A stretch of DNA of 64,000 nucleotides from Eledone cirrhosa (taxonomy: Eukaryota): NCBI GenBank assembly GCA_964016885.1, contig OZ024741.1, positions 173,104,001 to 173,168,000 on the forward strand, given 5' to 3'. The notes below the pieces were generated by a model. That model worked only from the letters and a program-made list of their open reading frames with translations. It did not search any database and had not been told where the DNA came from. The position numbers were made by a program, and so were the translations under genes. This document shows, piece by piece, positions 1-11,899 of this stretch (positions within the stretch are counted from its first letter, which is position 1; each line of letters opens with the position of its first letter).

Positions 1-221
1 ATATTTTATCTGTAAAGGAATTTTAATAAAGGGTTAAATAAATTAAAATTAATCTATAAATTAAATTACTAAGTATATATTAGTAATATTTAAAGGTTTT
101 TCACAATTTATGATTACACAATATTTTATATTCTCATCTGTAGTAGAATTTTAATTAAATTAAATTTATAGGTTAACTAACATTTAAATTAAATTATATA
201 TTAATTTCTAAAATAATGTTA

Positions 222-2666
222 TTAATTAGGTTTATAATATTTAAATGTTTTTTTTAGTTTATGATTACACGATATAATTAATTCCTGTCGTTTATTTAAT
301 AGGATATCCTTAGATTTCATTATTTCAAATAGTTCTTGGGAACATAATCTACATTCATTTCTATTATTTTGATAAGGGGTGGCTCTTTTGAGCATACTCC
401 AGGTCAAATCATATTCTATATTCTTATTTTTATAACTATTGATTTTTTCTGCTAGAGATGTTGTATTAGCCAGTGCGGCATTTTTAAAACTATGTTTGTG
501 GGTATTAAACCTTGTCTTAAAATTGTTAGAAGTAGCTCCTATATATGAGCAAATAGAATCTTTAGTTTTAACATTACATTTATAAACTATGTTGTTAACA
601 AGACAATTTCCTTTTAATGGGCAGTTTGCTTTGTTTCTACAGTTACAACCTTTCGTTAATTCTGTATTTGAGGAGATATTATGGTTAGTTTGATGTATTG
701 GTGGTATACTTATGGTTTTCTTACATTTATATGCATTATAGGCACTTATATTTTGTTTTATGTTATTTGTTGTTGAGTATGAGAATTTAACTGTAGACCT
801 ATTTAAGATTTGATGGTATTTGTGGTTTGGCGGGAAGTTTTTCTCTAGGATATAAAAAAAATTTTTTAGCAATATTATCCTTAATTTGTAAATTAAATGG
901 AGCATTATACCAAGTAACCCGTCTATTACGGTTTCTATGTTGTTTATTATTTTTATTATTTTTATAGGTTGTATCGTGATGTTTACTAGGAGGATTAATG
1001 TTAATGATCTCACCACAACCATTTTTAGTTATATTTGTAGATTTAGGTGTTTTATCTTTTTTATTAGGAGTTTTATTATTAACATTTATTAGAGTTGTAT
1101 GATGTGTAGTTTTTTGAGAGTTACTATATTTTATATTAGAAGATTTGGTATTTTGGGGTATAGTGTGGGTGGCATTTAGGTGTGTACTTTTCATTTGGTG
1201 TTTGTTGGTAATATTAGGTTGTATGTTTTTAGTATTTTTAGTAGAAGGTATATATTCTAATCTATTTTTGTGGCCACTTCTATCTAGAGCTTCGTTATAG
1301 AAGGTCGCATTTTTATCAAATACATCTTGGTTAGAAGAAAGGTTAGAAATTCTAAGTGATATATTATATGCAAGGTTTTTAAGGATAGATTTAGGGTGAT
1401 TAGATTGTGAGTGTATGTAATGTAAGTTTTGGTTGGGTTTATGGCAAGGTTGGTAGATACCCGTAGCTAAGTCAAAAGTTATATCTAGGAAATTTACTAC
1501 TTTACTTGTTTTTTCAAAAGTAATATGAAGACTATAATAGTCTTTAAGGAAAGTTCTAATATGCTTTTTGTTTTTTTCTATTTCTGAAAGGCTAAGGTTG
1601 TTGGAAAGAAGAAGACAGTCATCACGATATAAACCACCTTTAAGGTGGGGAAAGGAGGCATTTATGTTGAAAAGGAGAAAGAGGCCCACAAGATCAGTAA
1701 TTTGGGCGGAATCGCTTGAACCCATAGTAATATCAAATAGATTACTATATGTGTTTCTGGTCCAGTATTCATTCTGAAATTCAATAAGTGTTAGTCTAGC
1801 ATGTGTAATAATATTAATGTCATCCAAAGTTAAGTTAGATCTATTTTTAGCAAATATCAATGCTTTGTTCAGGAGTATAGGTGATATAGAAGAATAGTAA
1901 TTATCTATATCAAATTGTAGAAATGAAGCAGAAGATTTACATCTAATATTTTTAAACCAGTTAATTACCTGGGAAGTGTTTTCCCAGAGTGGTAAAATAA
2001 CGTGTTTTCTTATTTGTGGGATGACTCTATCCAAAATTTTTTTGCTAATTATTCCAATATCTGATTTGGAGGGACATATAAGTCTTATAGAAGGATTTGA
2101 GTTAAAGTTTGATTTATGATCCTTCAGGTTGAAGTGTGGTCTTTTCAATGCCAAAGGTTCAGTTCTATCTTCAATGTTTAGTTTTTTTACTATGTTGTGT
2201 GTTTTGTTGTTGATGTTGGTGAGTGACGCATTATTAGATTTTTTATAATTTTTCCTGAGTTCTTTATATATGAACTCATTATAATCTTCAATATCCATGT
2301 GATACAAGTTACCAGTTTTGTCCGAGTGGACATGGATTTTTTTAGACTTTTTTAGGTCCAATAGGGTAGAATCAAGGTCCTTTTGAAAGACGGATTTATA
2401 CTTTTTAAATTTGAGGTGTTTAATTAAATTAAAAAGGTCTTTCTCAAAGTCTTCAAGTAAAGAGTTGTGTGGTGGATTCTTGTAAGTATTGAAATCATAC
2501 ATATATTTCCCATCTGCATATTTAGATTTTTTATCGAAGTGGGTAGGCCCTCCATCTAACCCTTCTGATAAAATTGTTAGTTTTTTGAATCATAAGGAGT
2601 AAGAAGTCATCCTTAGAAGGTATTTGGTATGTTCTTTAAAGAGGTTCCCAAATATTGTTTTTCCAT
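222..2666 (-). pseudogene. Penelope-like element ORF (RT + GIY-YIG endonuclease), full length but frameshifted; Naiad-like CxCx5C linker
   Basis: ATG at 2666 gives MEKQYLGTSLKNIP/IPSK...FIRRVRWRAY (two frameshifts upstream of ORF 799-2502). RT motifs FLQFDIDNYYSSI, FDITMGSSDSAQITDLVGL, GGLYRDDCL. Frameshift in the A/T run near 853-867 leads into ORF 222-1022 with CNCRNKANCPLKGNCL, IVYKC..SYIGAT, RFNTH and CRLC..E..LLNKR. Confidence 0.93.
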
Positions 2667-2989
2667 TGTGATATGGATGATGGACAAATTGAAAGAGCTC
2701 AACTAAATGTATATGGGTTTACAAAATCATACATATATATGTATATACATAAATATAAAATTAATACACACATACAGTACAAAAAATACGAATATTTCCG
2801 TGAAAATAGGAGCAAAATTATGTAGATAAATCTACCAAGAGTTTACGGTAGTGTCCAATCCGTATGAAGAACTCAATGTAATCCGGATATCATGGAAAGA
2901 AGAGATGCAATGAAAAATCACTTTCGGTGAAAGATAAACGGAATACAGAGTCAAGATAAAATATTAAAAAAATAATGAATAAAACAATG

Positions 2990-3079
2990 CACATGTATAT
3001 GTCTATGTGTATATGTGTGTATGTGTATATGTGTACGTATGTGCGCATATATATGTGAGTGTGTGTGTATATATATGTA

Positions 3080-3114
<35 letters not shown>

Positions 3115-3164
3115 TATTATTATAATATAATGTATGTATATATATATATGTGAAAATATGTATA

Positions 3165-3208
<44 letters not shown>

Positions 3209-3484
3209 TTGTAGTTGATGTGTGTATATGTATGTATATATATGTGTGTGTGTATGTATGTGTGTATATATATGTAAGTGTGTGTGTGTATGTGTGTGTG
3301 TGTATATATATTTATACATATATGTATATGTATGTGTGTGCATATTTGTCTGACTGTGTGTATTAATTTATTTATTTTTTATTTATCTTATTTATTTATT
3401 TTTTTATATATATGTATGTGTATGTGTATGTATGTATGTATGTATGTGTGTGCATGTGTATATATGTGTGTGTGTATATGTATG

Positions 3485-3537
<53 letters not shown>

Positions 3538-3618
3538 CTTTGTGTGTGTGTATATATATGTATGTATGTGTGTATGTATGTGTTTGTATGTGTGTTTATG
3601 TGCGTACGTGTGTGTGTG

Positions 3619-3650
<32 letters not shown>

Positions 3651-3911
3651 TATGTATATGTATCTCTATTTATATGTGTATATATGTGTATGTATATACC
3701 TTTTTCTTTGTATGTCTGAGTTGTGTGAGCGTGTAGTGGTGTTTGTATGTATATACGCATATATGGATGTGTATGTATTTATATATATGCGTATATGTAA
3801 GTGCGTATGTGTGTGTGAGTATATATCTATGTCTATGTATGAGTATGTATGTGTGTGTATGTATGTGTGTGTGTATATATGTATGTGTGTATGTGTGTAT
3901 GTATATGTGTG

Positions 3912-3944
<33 letters not shown>

Positions 3945-3957
3945 GTATATATGTATG

Positions 3958-3993
<36 letters not shown>

Positions 3994-4000
3994 TATTATA

Positions 4001-4033
<33 letters not shown>

Positions 4034-4118
4034 CTTTATATATGTGTATGTGTATGTATGTGTAGGTGTGTGTGTGTGAGTATATATGTATGTGTGTATA
4101 TGTGTATGTATGTGTATG

Positions 4119-4183
<65 letters not shown>

Positions 4184-4315
4184 ATGTGTATGTGTGTATG
4201 TGTGTATGTGTGTATATATATATTTATGTATATATATATATTTATATGTGGGTATGTATGTGTATGTGTGTATATATATGAGTGTATTTATATATATATA
4301 TGTATGTAGATGTGA

Positions 4316-4396
<81 letters not shown>

Positions 4397-4452
4397 TATA
4401 TATGTATATGTGTGTATATGTATGAGTGTATATATATATACGAGTGTTGTGA

Positions 4453-4526
<74 letters not shown>

Positions 4527-4974
4527 GTATGCGTGTATGTGTATATGTGTGTAAAAATATATATATATGTGTGTTTATGTGTGTATGTGTCTATGTATTT
4601 ATATGTGTATATGTATGTGTCTCTATATGTATGCGTGTGTGTATGTGTATGTGTATTTATATGGTATGTGTATGTATATGTATGTGTATGTATGTGTTTA
4701 TATATATGTGTATGTATATGTATGTATATGTATGTGTGTGTATGCGTGTGTATTTATTTATATATCTATATGTATGTATATCGATGTATACTTTATATTT
4801 TACTTGTTTGTATATATATATGTGTGTGTATGTATATGTGTATATATATATGTGTGTGTATATATGTGTGTGTATATGTGTGTATATATATGTGTATATA
4901 TATATGTATGTGTGTATATATGTGTATATATATATGTATATGTATATATGTGTGTGTGTGTGTGTGTATGTGTG

Positions 4975-5010
<36 letters not shown>
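2990..5010. repeat. Compound (TA)n/(TG)n/(TATG)n microsatellite
   Basis: Direct reading; source of the many Y/I/V/C/M pseudo-ORFs. Confidence 0.97.
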
Positions 5011-5012
<2 letters not shown>

Positions 5013-5616
5013 CTTGATATATTTCTTTTTTCTTTTTTCTTTTTCTTTTCTTTTTATTTCTAAGTTTATAGATACATTTATAAATAGGCAGTCTGCCGAA
5101 ACCGTTGAATACTGACCTCTCCCCCCCCTCCCACCTAATTTCTGTATCCTGATCTAAATGTGTGTGGCAGTGTTTATGTGCGTGCATTAATGTCCATATG
5201 CTTATGATAATACTATATGCACATATATATGTGTGTGGGGGTGTGTGTGTGTATGTATGTTCGTAGTTATGTGTATGTTTATGCATATACGCGCGTGTGT
5301 GTGTGAGTGTACGAATATGTGTGAGTATATGAATGTGTGTATACATTTATTTCATATTTATGTGTCTATACGCATTTTATCTGTGGATTATAAACTTACA
5401 GAGACATTAGCCTTGAATTTTTGTATTTACATACATCTTTTTGGCATGCGTATGCATGTGAACATATATCTTTATGTAAATATGTGTACGAAGTTAATTA
5501 CATGTATATACACACACCTAACTGCATAACATTTTTTGTATTTTCATTGGTCAATTTGAACTCTGTTCCCAAACGGACCTGAAATTTTGAATTGTTGTTA
5601 TTATCAATAAATATAT

Positions 5617-5771
5617 TTCATTATTTCTGAAGACGGCATATATATGTGTTTGGTATGTATATTTAATTTTGATAGTTTGTATAATTTTGTATAATTTTGT
5701 ACATAGATCTGTTGAATATGCATGCCAATTCTAACACATATATATCCTAGAAACGATCGTTAAATAATGAA
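5617..5771 (+). ncRNA. Type I hammerhead ribozyme with long stem II
   Basis: Stem I TTCATTATTT/AAATAATGAA (10 bp perfect); CTGAAGA 5627-5633; stem II ATATATATGTGTT/AACACATATATAT; GAAA 5750-5753; stem III C-GATC-G; cleavage triplet GTT. Confidence 0.88.
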
Positions 5772-5965
5772 CTTTTTTTGTTTAATATAAGGAACTGTTT
5801 CATTGTTTTATTCATTATTTTTTTAATATTTTATCTTGACTCTGTATTCCGTTTATCTTTCACCGAAAGTGATTTTTCATTGCATCTCTTCCTTCCATGA
5901 TATCCGGATTACATTGAGTTCTTCATACGGATTGGACACTACCGTAAACTCTTGGTAGATTTATC

Positions 5966-6039
<74 letters not shown>

Positions 6040-6042
<3 letters not shown>

Positions 6043-6144
6043 ATAATAATAAATTTGAAGACTAAAATCCAAAGAGGGCTCAATAAGGGTAAATATATAT
6101 CAAATATATAAGAACCGTAGAGCAAATATTTATTAAAATAACAG
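6040..6144 (-). repeat. ~105 bp dispersed repeat; second copy inverted at 45778-45882, probably a PLE-type 3' end
   Basis: Near-identical reverse complement of 45778-45882; both copies abut (TA)n. Confidence 0.75.
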
Positions 6145-6156
6145 ATATATATAAAT

Positions 6157-6631
6157 TAGGGTGGACCTTATTTTTCAACTTTCTATAAGTTTAGCTCCCA
6201 ACTCCCTATCTTGTTTCAATTAACATAAAACCAATCTATGCAAAATATTATCTCAAGCGGACAACTGCAAAGCGACCCCATCGAATTTTGAAGTTTTCGC
6301 CCGGAAAGTCATTTTTTTTTTTCAGATAAAATTTTTTTATCTCATATAATTTTCTCTTAAATTAAAAACTTGTCAGACTTATTCTTGGTATTAGAAGGAT
6401 AAATGACAATAAATATAAGGGAGAAGGCAACTTGCAAAGCTGGGTACAGAGCGCAGGTATAAGGCAAACACTTACTTTTCGCTGTAGGAGCAGCAAAATC
6501 TTAACTTTCGGAAAATTACCTATTGCTAATATATATTCGTATGTGGTTGAAAGCTGAGAGAAATTGGTTGACAGCTGAGAGTACTAGGTATTGAGTAATA
6601 CATATATATATACATATATATATAGATGATA

Positions 6632-6674
<43 letters not shown>

Positions 6675-8139
6675 TCTCCTTACTATCCTCGCTTTCATAT
6701 TTCTCATTGCTCCCCTTTTCTCATTGTATTTGTATATAAACAAGTACATAGATATAAGGAGAAAGGGAGAGCAAGGAGAAAAGGAGAGTAAGTAGAGCAA
6801 TGAGAAAAGGACAGGAGGGAGGGCAAGGAGAGTAATGAGAAAAGGAGAACAAGGATAGTAAGGGGAGCAAGGAGAGCAAGGAGAGTAATGAGAAAAGGAG
6901 AGCAAGGGGAGCAAGGCGGGAAAGGAGAGCAAGGGTAAAAGGAGAGCAAAGAGAGCAAGGAGAGCAATGAGAAAATGAGAGCAAGGAGAGCAAGGAGATT
7001 AATGAGAAAAGAAGAGTAATGAGAAAAGGAGAGCAATGCGAAAAGGAGAGAAAGGAGAGCAAGGATAGAAGGAGAGCAAGGAGAGTAATGAGAAAAGGAG
7101 AGCAGGGAGAGCAAAGAGAGCAATGAGAAAAGGGAGAGTAATGAGAGCAATGAAAAAAGGAGAGCATGGAGAGCAATTAGAAAAGGGGAGCAAGGAGAAA
7201 AGGAGAGCAAGGAGAGCAAGGAAAAAAAAAGAAGAGCAAGGAAAAAAGGAGAGCAATGAGAAAAGGAGAGCAAGGAGAGGTTAAGGCAAATATTGCTCAA
7301 GTCAGGCTGGAAGCAGACAAGGGTGAAGAAGAGGGAGAAGAAAAAATCAACTGAAGAGGTACATTCTACACCAAAATGACTTTTCTTCCTTTACAAACAT
7401 CGAGTTTTTTGAAACTCCTGGTACAAAATTTTCTTCACGAGATTTTCTATCAGCACCGATTTCCTCAACAAAGACCCTTCAACATGGAAGGATGATCCTG
7501 GTTCCAAAAGTGGACATGAACAACTTAAGAAGACAGTTGTTATTAATGATGTTTATAAAGAGGTGTCAAACTCATTCAGGATTACAATAACATTCTCACA
7601 AAAGATGAAACTCAGAAACAATTTGTTTTACAGATCGTTACCGAAAACTGTAAAACATACCCAACTGCCACTAAATCCTCTCTTATCAAAAATACTGTTC
7701 AATATTCAGTGTTCACATTATGTTTTTGATTCAATAGAAATTATTGTTGTAAATAAAAATGCGTTTCTCTTATAGAAATTGTGTGCTTCATTAAGAAAAC
7801 CTAATATTTCTTAAGTTTTCATGTTATTTCAGGAATTTTTCAAATTAACTATTGGTAAATTTGATTCAGAACGTTTTTAAACATTTGCTGGGGTTGCCTG
7901 GATGTGTCCACATAAATTTCTCTAAAAAAAAAAAAAAAAAATGGTCGAAATAGGGAACAGTATACCGCTTTTGAACAGAATTAATCGTTGCGTATACTAT
8001 GTTCCAACTTCAAGACGTTTGAGGGTCGCCTAACAGTTGTCCGATTGGACCAAAATTTTGCACACTCCGTGTCTATGTTGATTGAAACAGGTGTAGGGGG
8101 TGGGAGCAGCAAAATGTTAACTTTCGGAAAATAACCTTA
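6157..8139 (+). mobile_element. hAT (hATm-like) DNA transposon remnant
   Basis: Starts TAGGGTG. Left ~130 bp is a diverged inverted repeat of 8020-8139. 7453-7685 translates with one frameshift to TDFLNKDPSTWKDDP...VVINDV-RGVKLIQDYNNILTKDETQKQFVLQIV, a hATm-type transposase C-terminus. Confidence 0.7.
6755..7280 (+). repeat. Degenerate purine-rich minisatellite (GGAGAGCAA / TGAGAAAA units)
   Basis: Direct reading. Confidence 0.9.
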
Positions 8140-8142
8140 TAG

Positions 8143-8244
<102 letters not shown>

Positions 8245-8297
8245 GTGTATGTACGTATGTATATATGTTGGTACGAATGAATTTATGTATATATGTG

Positions 8298-8329
<32 letters not shown>

Positions 8330-8332
<3 letters not shown>

Positions 8333-9011
8333 GTTTATCGTGATTTCTTGGGTTGATATTCCGATTCTGAATTATTCTACTATATTTAGCTCTAGACCTT
8401 AGCTATTGACCAGTTAATTTTATTGATTATTTTTTTGTCGATCTTATTGACTGATGAATAGCTCCTGTTTATTTTAACACGTCTGTTGAGCACTCTGATT
8501 CGATATGTGATATTTTGTATTCTTACATAATTTGCACATCACCGAAATCTTTCGCTAATATAGAGGTTATCTCCCTTGCTGAGTACCATGTGCGTTTTTG
8601 GCTATAGGTCCCCTCTTTATTGTCGGACGAAAACCCGTTGAGAAAGCTGTTCCGCGTCCACCCCTTCTCTAGAAGTCTTATATATTTTTTATGTGGGCTG
8701 ATAGTGATTGGATTAAAGAATTGCAGAAACCCAAGAAGCTAGATTTAACACCCTTCTAGCGGGTCCGGGTGAGTTTTTTACATTCATTTAATTTATTAAT
8801 TTATTGATATTTTATCTGAGTGACCCGAATCTTCCTGGTCGTTCTTTTTCGGCTGCACGGGTGATTTTAGGCATAATCTCTATGTGTTGGTAATTTAACG
8901 ATGGTTATAGCTCTGATTTATCCAAACTATTGAGCCCTCTGCCACACATATCGGATATTGTTTATCGTGATTTCTTGGGCTGATATTCCGATTCTCGATT
9001 ATTCTACTATA
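8330..9011 (+). mobile_element. Non-coding unit with 55 bp terminal direct repeats (period 627 bp), flanked by (TA)n
   Basis: ATTGTTTATCGTGATTTCTTGGG..TTCTACTATA at 8330-8384 and 8957-9011; shares TATAGCTCTGATT..TTGAGCC with the reverse complement of the 47.4-48.2 kb unit. Confidence 0.75.
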
Positions 9012-9030
9012 TATATATATATATATATAT

Positions 9031-9370
9031 ATACGATATTAACAAATGGAAACTATATTTATAAAACCATATTTATTTCATTATACATATTTCAAGGACA
9101 CCAAGTTAAATTATGGTGTGCTTTCATCAGATAAAATATAATATAGAGCAGTTTTATAAATAAATATTGACATACCCTTAAAACTATCCCGGAGCTTCCA
9201 ACAGTAATGGTTGCATTCTTTAAGGGTATGTCAATATTTATTTATAAAACTGGTCTATATTATATTTTATCTGATGAAAGCACACCATAATTTAACTTGG
9301 TGTCCTTGAAATATGTATAATGAAATAAATATGGTTTTATAAATATAGTTTCCATTTGTTAATATCGTAT
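9031..9370. repeat. Fold-back with 152 bp arms (9031-9182 / 9219-9370), each arm carrying a hammerhead
   Basis: Arms are reverse complements with about one mismatch. Confidence 0.93.
9263..9327 (+). ncRNA. Type I hammerhead ribozyme (mirror copy 9074-9138 on -)
   Basis: TATTTTAT-CTGATGA-AAGCACACCA..TGGTGTCCTT-GAAA-T ATGT A-TA-ATGAAATA. Confidence 0.8.
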
Positions 9371-9512
9371 TTTTACTCCAATTATTTGTTGAGTGCTTTA
9401 TATCAGTTATAAAAATATTTGCTTGTTGTATCCCAACAATTTAAATAGAGCTTTTACATATATATACATATATATATATATATATATTTCCTTTTTTCCG
9501 GTTATCGGTTTC

Positions 9513-9921
9513 GGTGCACCCGGCCGATTAACCCACTCGATATGCAAATTGGGCTACTCAGCCGTTAATATGCATAAGGTAAGTATATACGTTCAACAAT
9601 CTGGCAGGAAGGTATACGTTGCTGACGATAGCTAATAAGCTTGAAACTAGTACAGCGTTCCTTTGTCAGTGTTGAACAAACGAGCAACAATGGTTGCTGG
9701 ACACTACGGCTTAATACGGGATGTTTGTTTACAAACACACCGAGCATTATAATAAATGTTCGGTGAATCCATACGTACATATATATATGTGTGCATATAT
9801 GTATATATATATATACATACTACTGTACGTCTGTATACATATATGTATGTACGTGTACATACTTATATTTAAGTAACAGCCGTACTAAGAGTGGGAAATG
9901 AAATTTCGTTTCATCTTTTCC
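9513..9921 (+). mobile_element. ~410 bp non-coding hammerhead-bearing element; second copy 54698-55110 (-), diverged relative ~56615-57100 (-)
   Basis: Colinear similarity to the reverse complement of 54698-55110; both flanked by (TA)n; ends GAAATGAAATTTCGTTTCAT. Confidence 0.85.
9616..9658 (+). ncRNA. Minimal type I hammerhead ribozyme
   Basis: ACGTTG-CTGACGA-T AGCT AATA AGCT T-GAAA-C TA G-TA-CAGCGT; palindromic ACTAGT stem III. Confidence 0.85.
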
Positions 9922-9940
9922 GTTTATATATATATATATT

Positions 9941-10079
<139 letters not shown>

Positions 10080-10196
10080 CATATATATAAATAATTGTTT
10101 CTACTTTAGGCACAAGGCCAGCAAGATCAAAAGATGGATGTTTATTTAAAACTTCACTATTCACAAGTGTTTTTTAAGCTTCATATCATGTATCCC

Positions 10197-10267
10197 TATT
10201 TTATTTGATGAAAACGCAGATATCATCCCAGGATGATATTTGTTTTTGAAATGCGCATAATAAAATA
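10197..10267 (+). ncRNA. Type I hammerhead ribozyme (C3U in core)
   Basis: TATTTTAT-TTGATGA-AAACGCAGATATCATCC CA GGATGATATTTGTTTTT-GAAA-T GCGC A-TA-ATAAAATA. Confidence 0.8.
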
Positions 10268-10388
10268 CTTGGAACTCTTTTAACCATCTTTTGATCTTAT
10301 ATTATTTATACTCCAGTCCTACAAACTGTAGAGTGCTACTTAACCGATATTTGCATTGCTTTATTGTGCTACAATAAAACTCACCTCC

Positions 10389-10519
<131 letters not shown>

Positions 10520-10595
10520 CGAAGGAAAAGTGGTAAGGAACCAGGTCGACCATAACGCACCAAAGTACTCAATACTTAGGGTAGTAGAGTGGGTA

Positions 10596-10760
10596 ATAGG
10601 AACAAGTAAGACCCCGACGGCTGAGCTCAAGCCGTTTCGACGGCTAATTCTAGACTGAATGAAAATTTATTCTGGTATTTAAATACCAGAATAAATTTTC
10701 ATTCAGTCTAGAATTAGCCGTCGAAACGGCTTGAGCTCAGCCGTCGGGGTCTTACTTGTT

Positions 10761-10765
<5 letters not shown>
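10596..10765. repeat. 170 bp perfect loop-less palindrome containing the 3' half of a hammerhead
   Basis: Centre 10680/10681; GAAA-CGGCT TGAGCTC AGCCG-TC-GGGGTCTTAC on each strand. Confidence 0.9.
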
Positions 10766-10828
<63 letters not shown>

Positions 10829-11899
10829 TATTACATAATTAAATAACTCTGTAGCATACATAGAACACTCTCTTTTCCTTTACCCTTCCTACGGAAATAC
10901 TTCATATATAGAGAGAGAGGGGGGGGGGTTTAAAAAACGACAATACGAAATTCGGGAAGCGATCTTTGAATAAATTATCCCTCCCTACATTGAAGGATCT
11001 TTCGTTTTTTGCTTAAGCTAACGTGACATCATGCACTCGCTGGCACATGTTCACAGACTAATTTTTATGCAGTACCTAAGATTTGGAGTTACTACTTAAG
11101 TTTCATGCTGGTTGTTTTCATAAAAGACTTTTGTAAACAGAGTTTCAAAATCTTTTTCAAACCTATAATCTTCAGGTGAAATCAAAATACCTACAAACGG
11201 AGCATTTGGAGAAATGTTTGAAGAAACGCGAGAGTGTGAGGAAGGGGTCATAACTACATTACTTTTTGTTCCGAGTTACTCCGCTTTGATTGGATTTTAT
11301 GAAAATATCAGACAAATTGTTGGTGTAATGGTTACATATGCATGAAATGTTTTATCCGCTGCACTTTAAATTTTGTATAAAGAGGTATATGTTTATATGT
11401 TTGTGTGAAATGTGTTAGCATATGAGATCAAGCATTTTGTCGACTCCCGACTTCGTATAAAAAAGTTTACATCTTTTGACACAAGAAAAATATGTAATGA
11501 TTTTTTTAATGTAAAGCTAATGCAACTAATTTGTAGCAATAAATTATTATGGGTTTTGCTAATTAACTGAATATAAAATAGAAACTTTTCAAAAATTATA
11601 AAAACAAAATTGCTTTCTCAGTAAGGAAATGAATACGTGCAAATGTCATTTAAAGAATTAGTTTTCAACTATTGAACGGAAATGAACTTCTTTCACATTC
11701 AAGTGTATGTATGGAAAGAAATACACCTAGCGGCAGATTCGTGTATCTATCAAAGTATAGGGAGATAATTGGAAAATGTAATGGAATGTAATGGAATGTA
11801 ATGGAATGGAATGGTTATAACTAATAAATAATCTTAAATATAAGTAACATTTACTCTAATACTGCAAATTCACACAACAATCTGTCCTCTATGTGTGGT

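Larger units (their letters stand above)
2820..5970. repeat. 170 bp inverted repeat (2820-2989 / 5801-5970): PLE pseudo-LTR segment plus an inverted copy of the presumed PLE 3' region
   Basis: 2820-2989 is the reverse complement of 5801-5970 with one mismatch seen. It lies directly upstream of the PLE ORF, and the right copy ends in (TA)n. Confidence 0.9.

Noticed and set aside
222-2666. Selenocysteine recoding as reported for some Naiad PLEs
   Set aside because: Conserved cysteines are ordinary Cys codons in both PLEs; the disruptions are frameshifts, not in-frame TGA.
3110-5346. Long Y/I/V/C/M/H/T-rich ORFs (also at 13.7-14.2, 29.4-30.1, 33.5-35.5, 51.2-51.6 and 57.6-60.3 kb)
   Set aside because: Translations of stop-poor microsatellites; no protein-like composition.
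6704-7300. Leu/Ser/Phe-rich membrane-protein-like ORFs
   Set aside because: Antisense reading of a GA-rich minisatellite.
8451-8560. CTGATGA core in the 627 bp unit called as a hammerhead
   Set aside because: Could not pair stems I and III convincingly; not listed as ncRNA.
11140-11185. CTGAAGA...GAAA on the minus strand
   Set aside because: No credible stem II or stem III.
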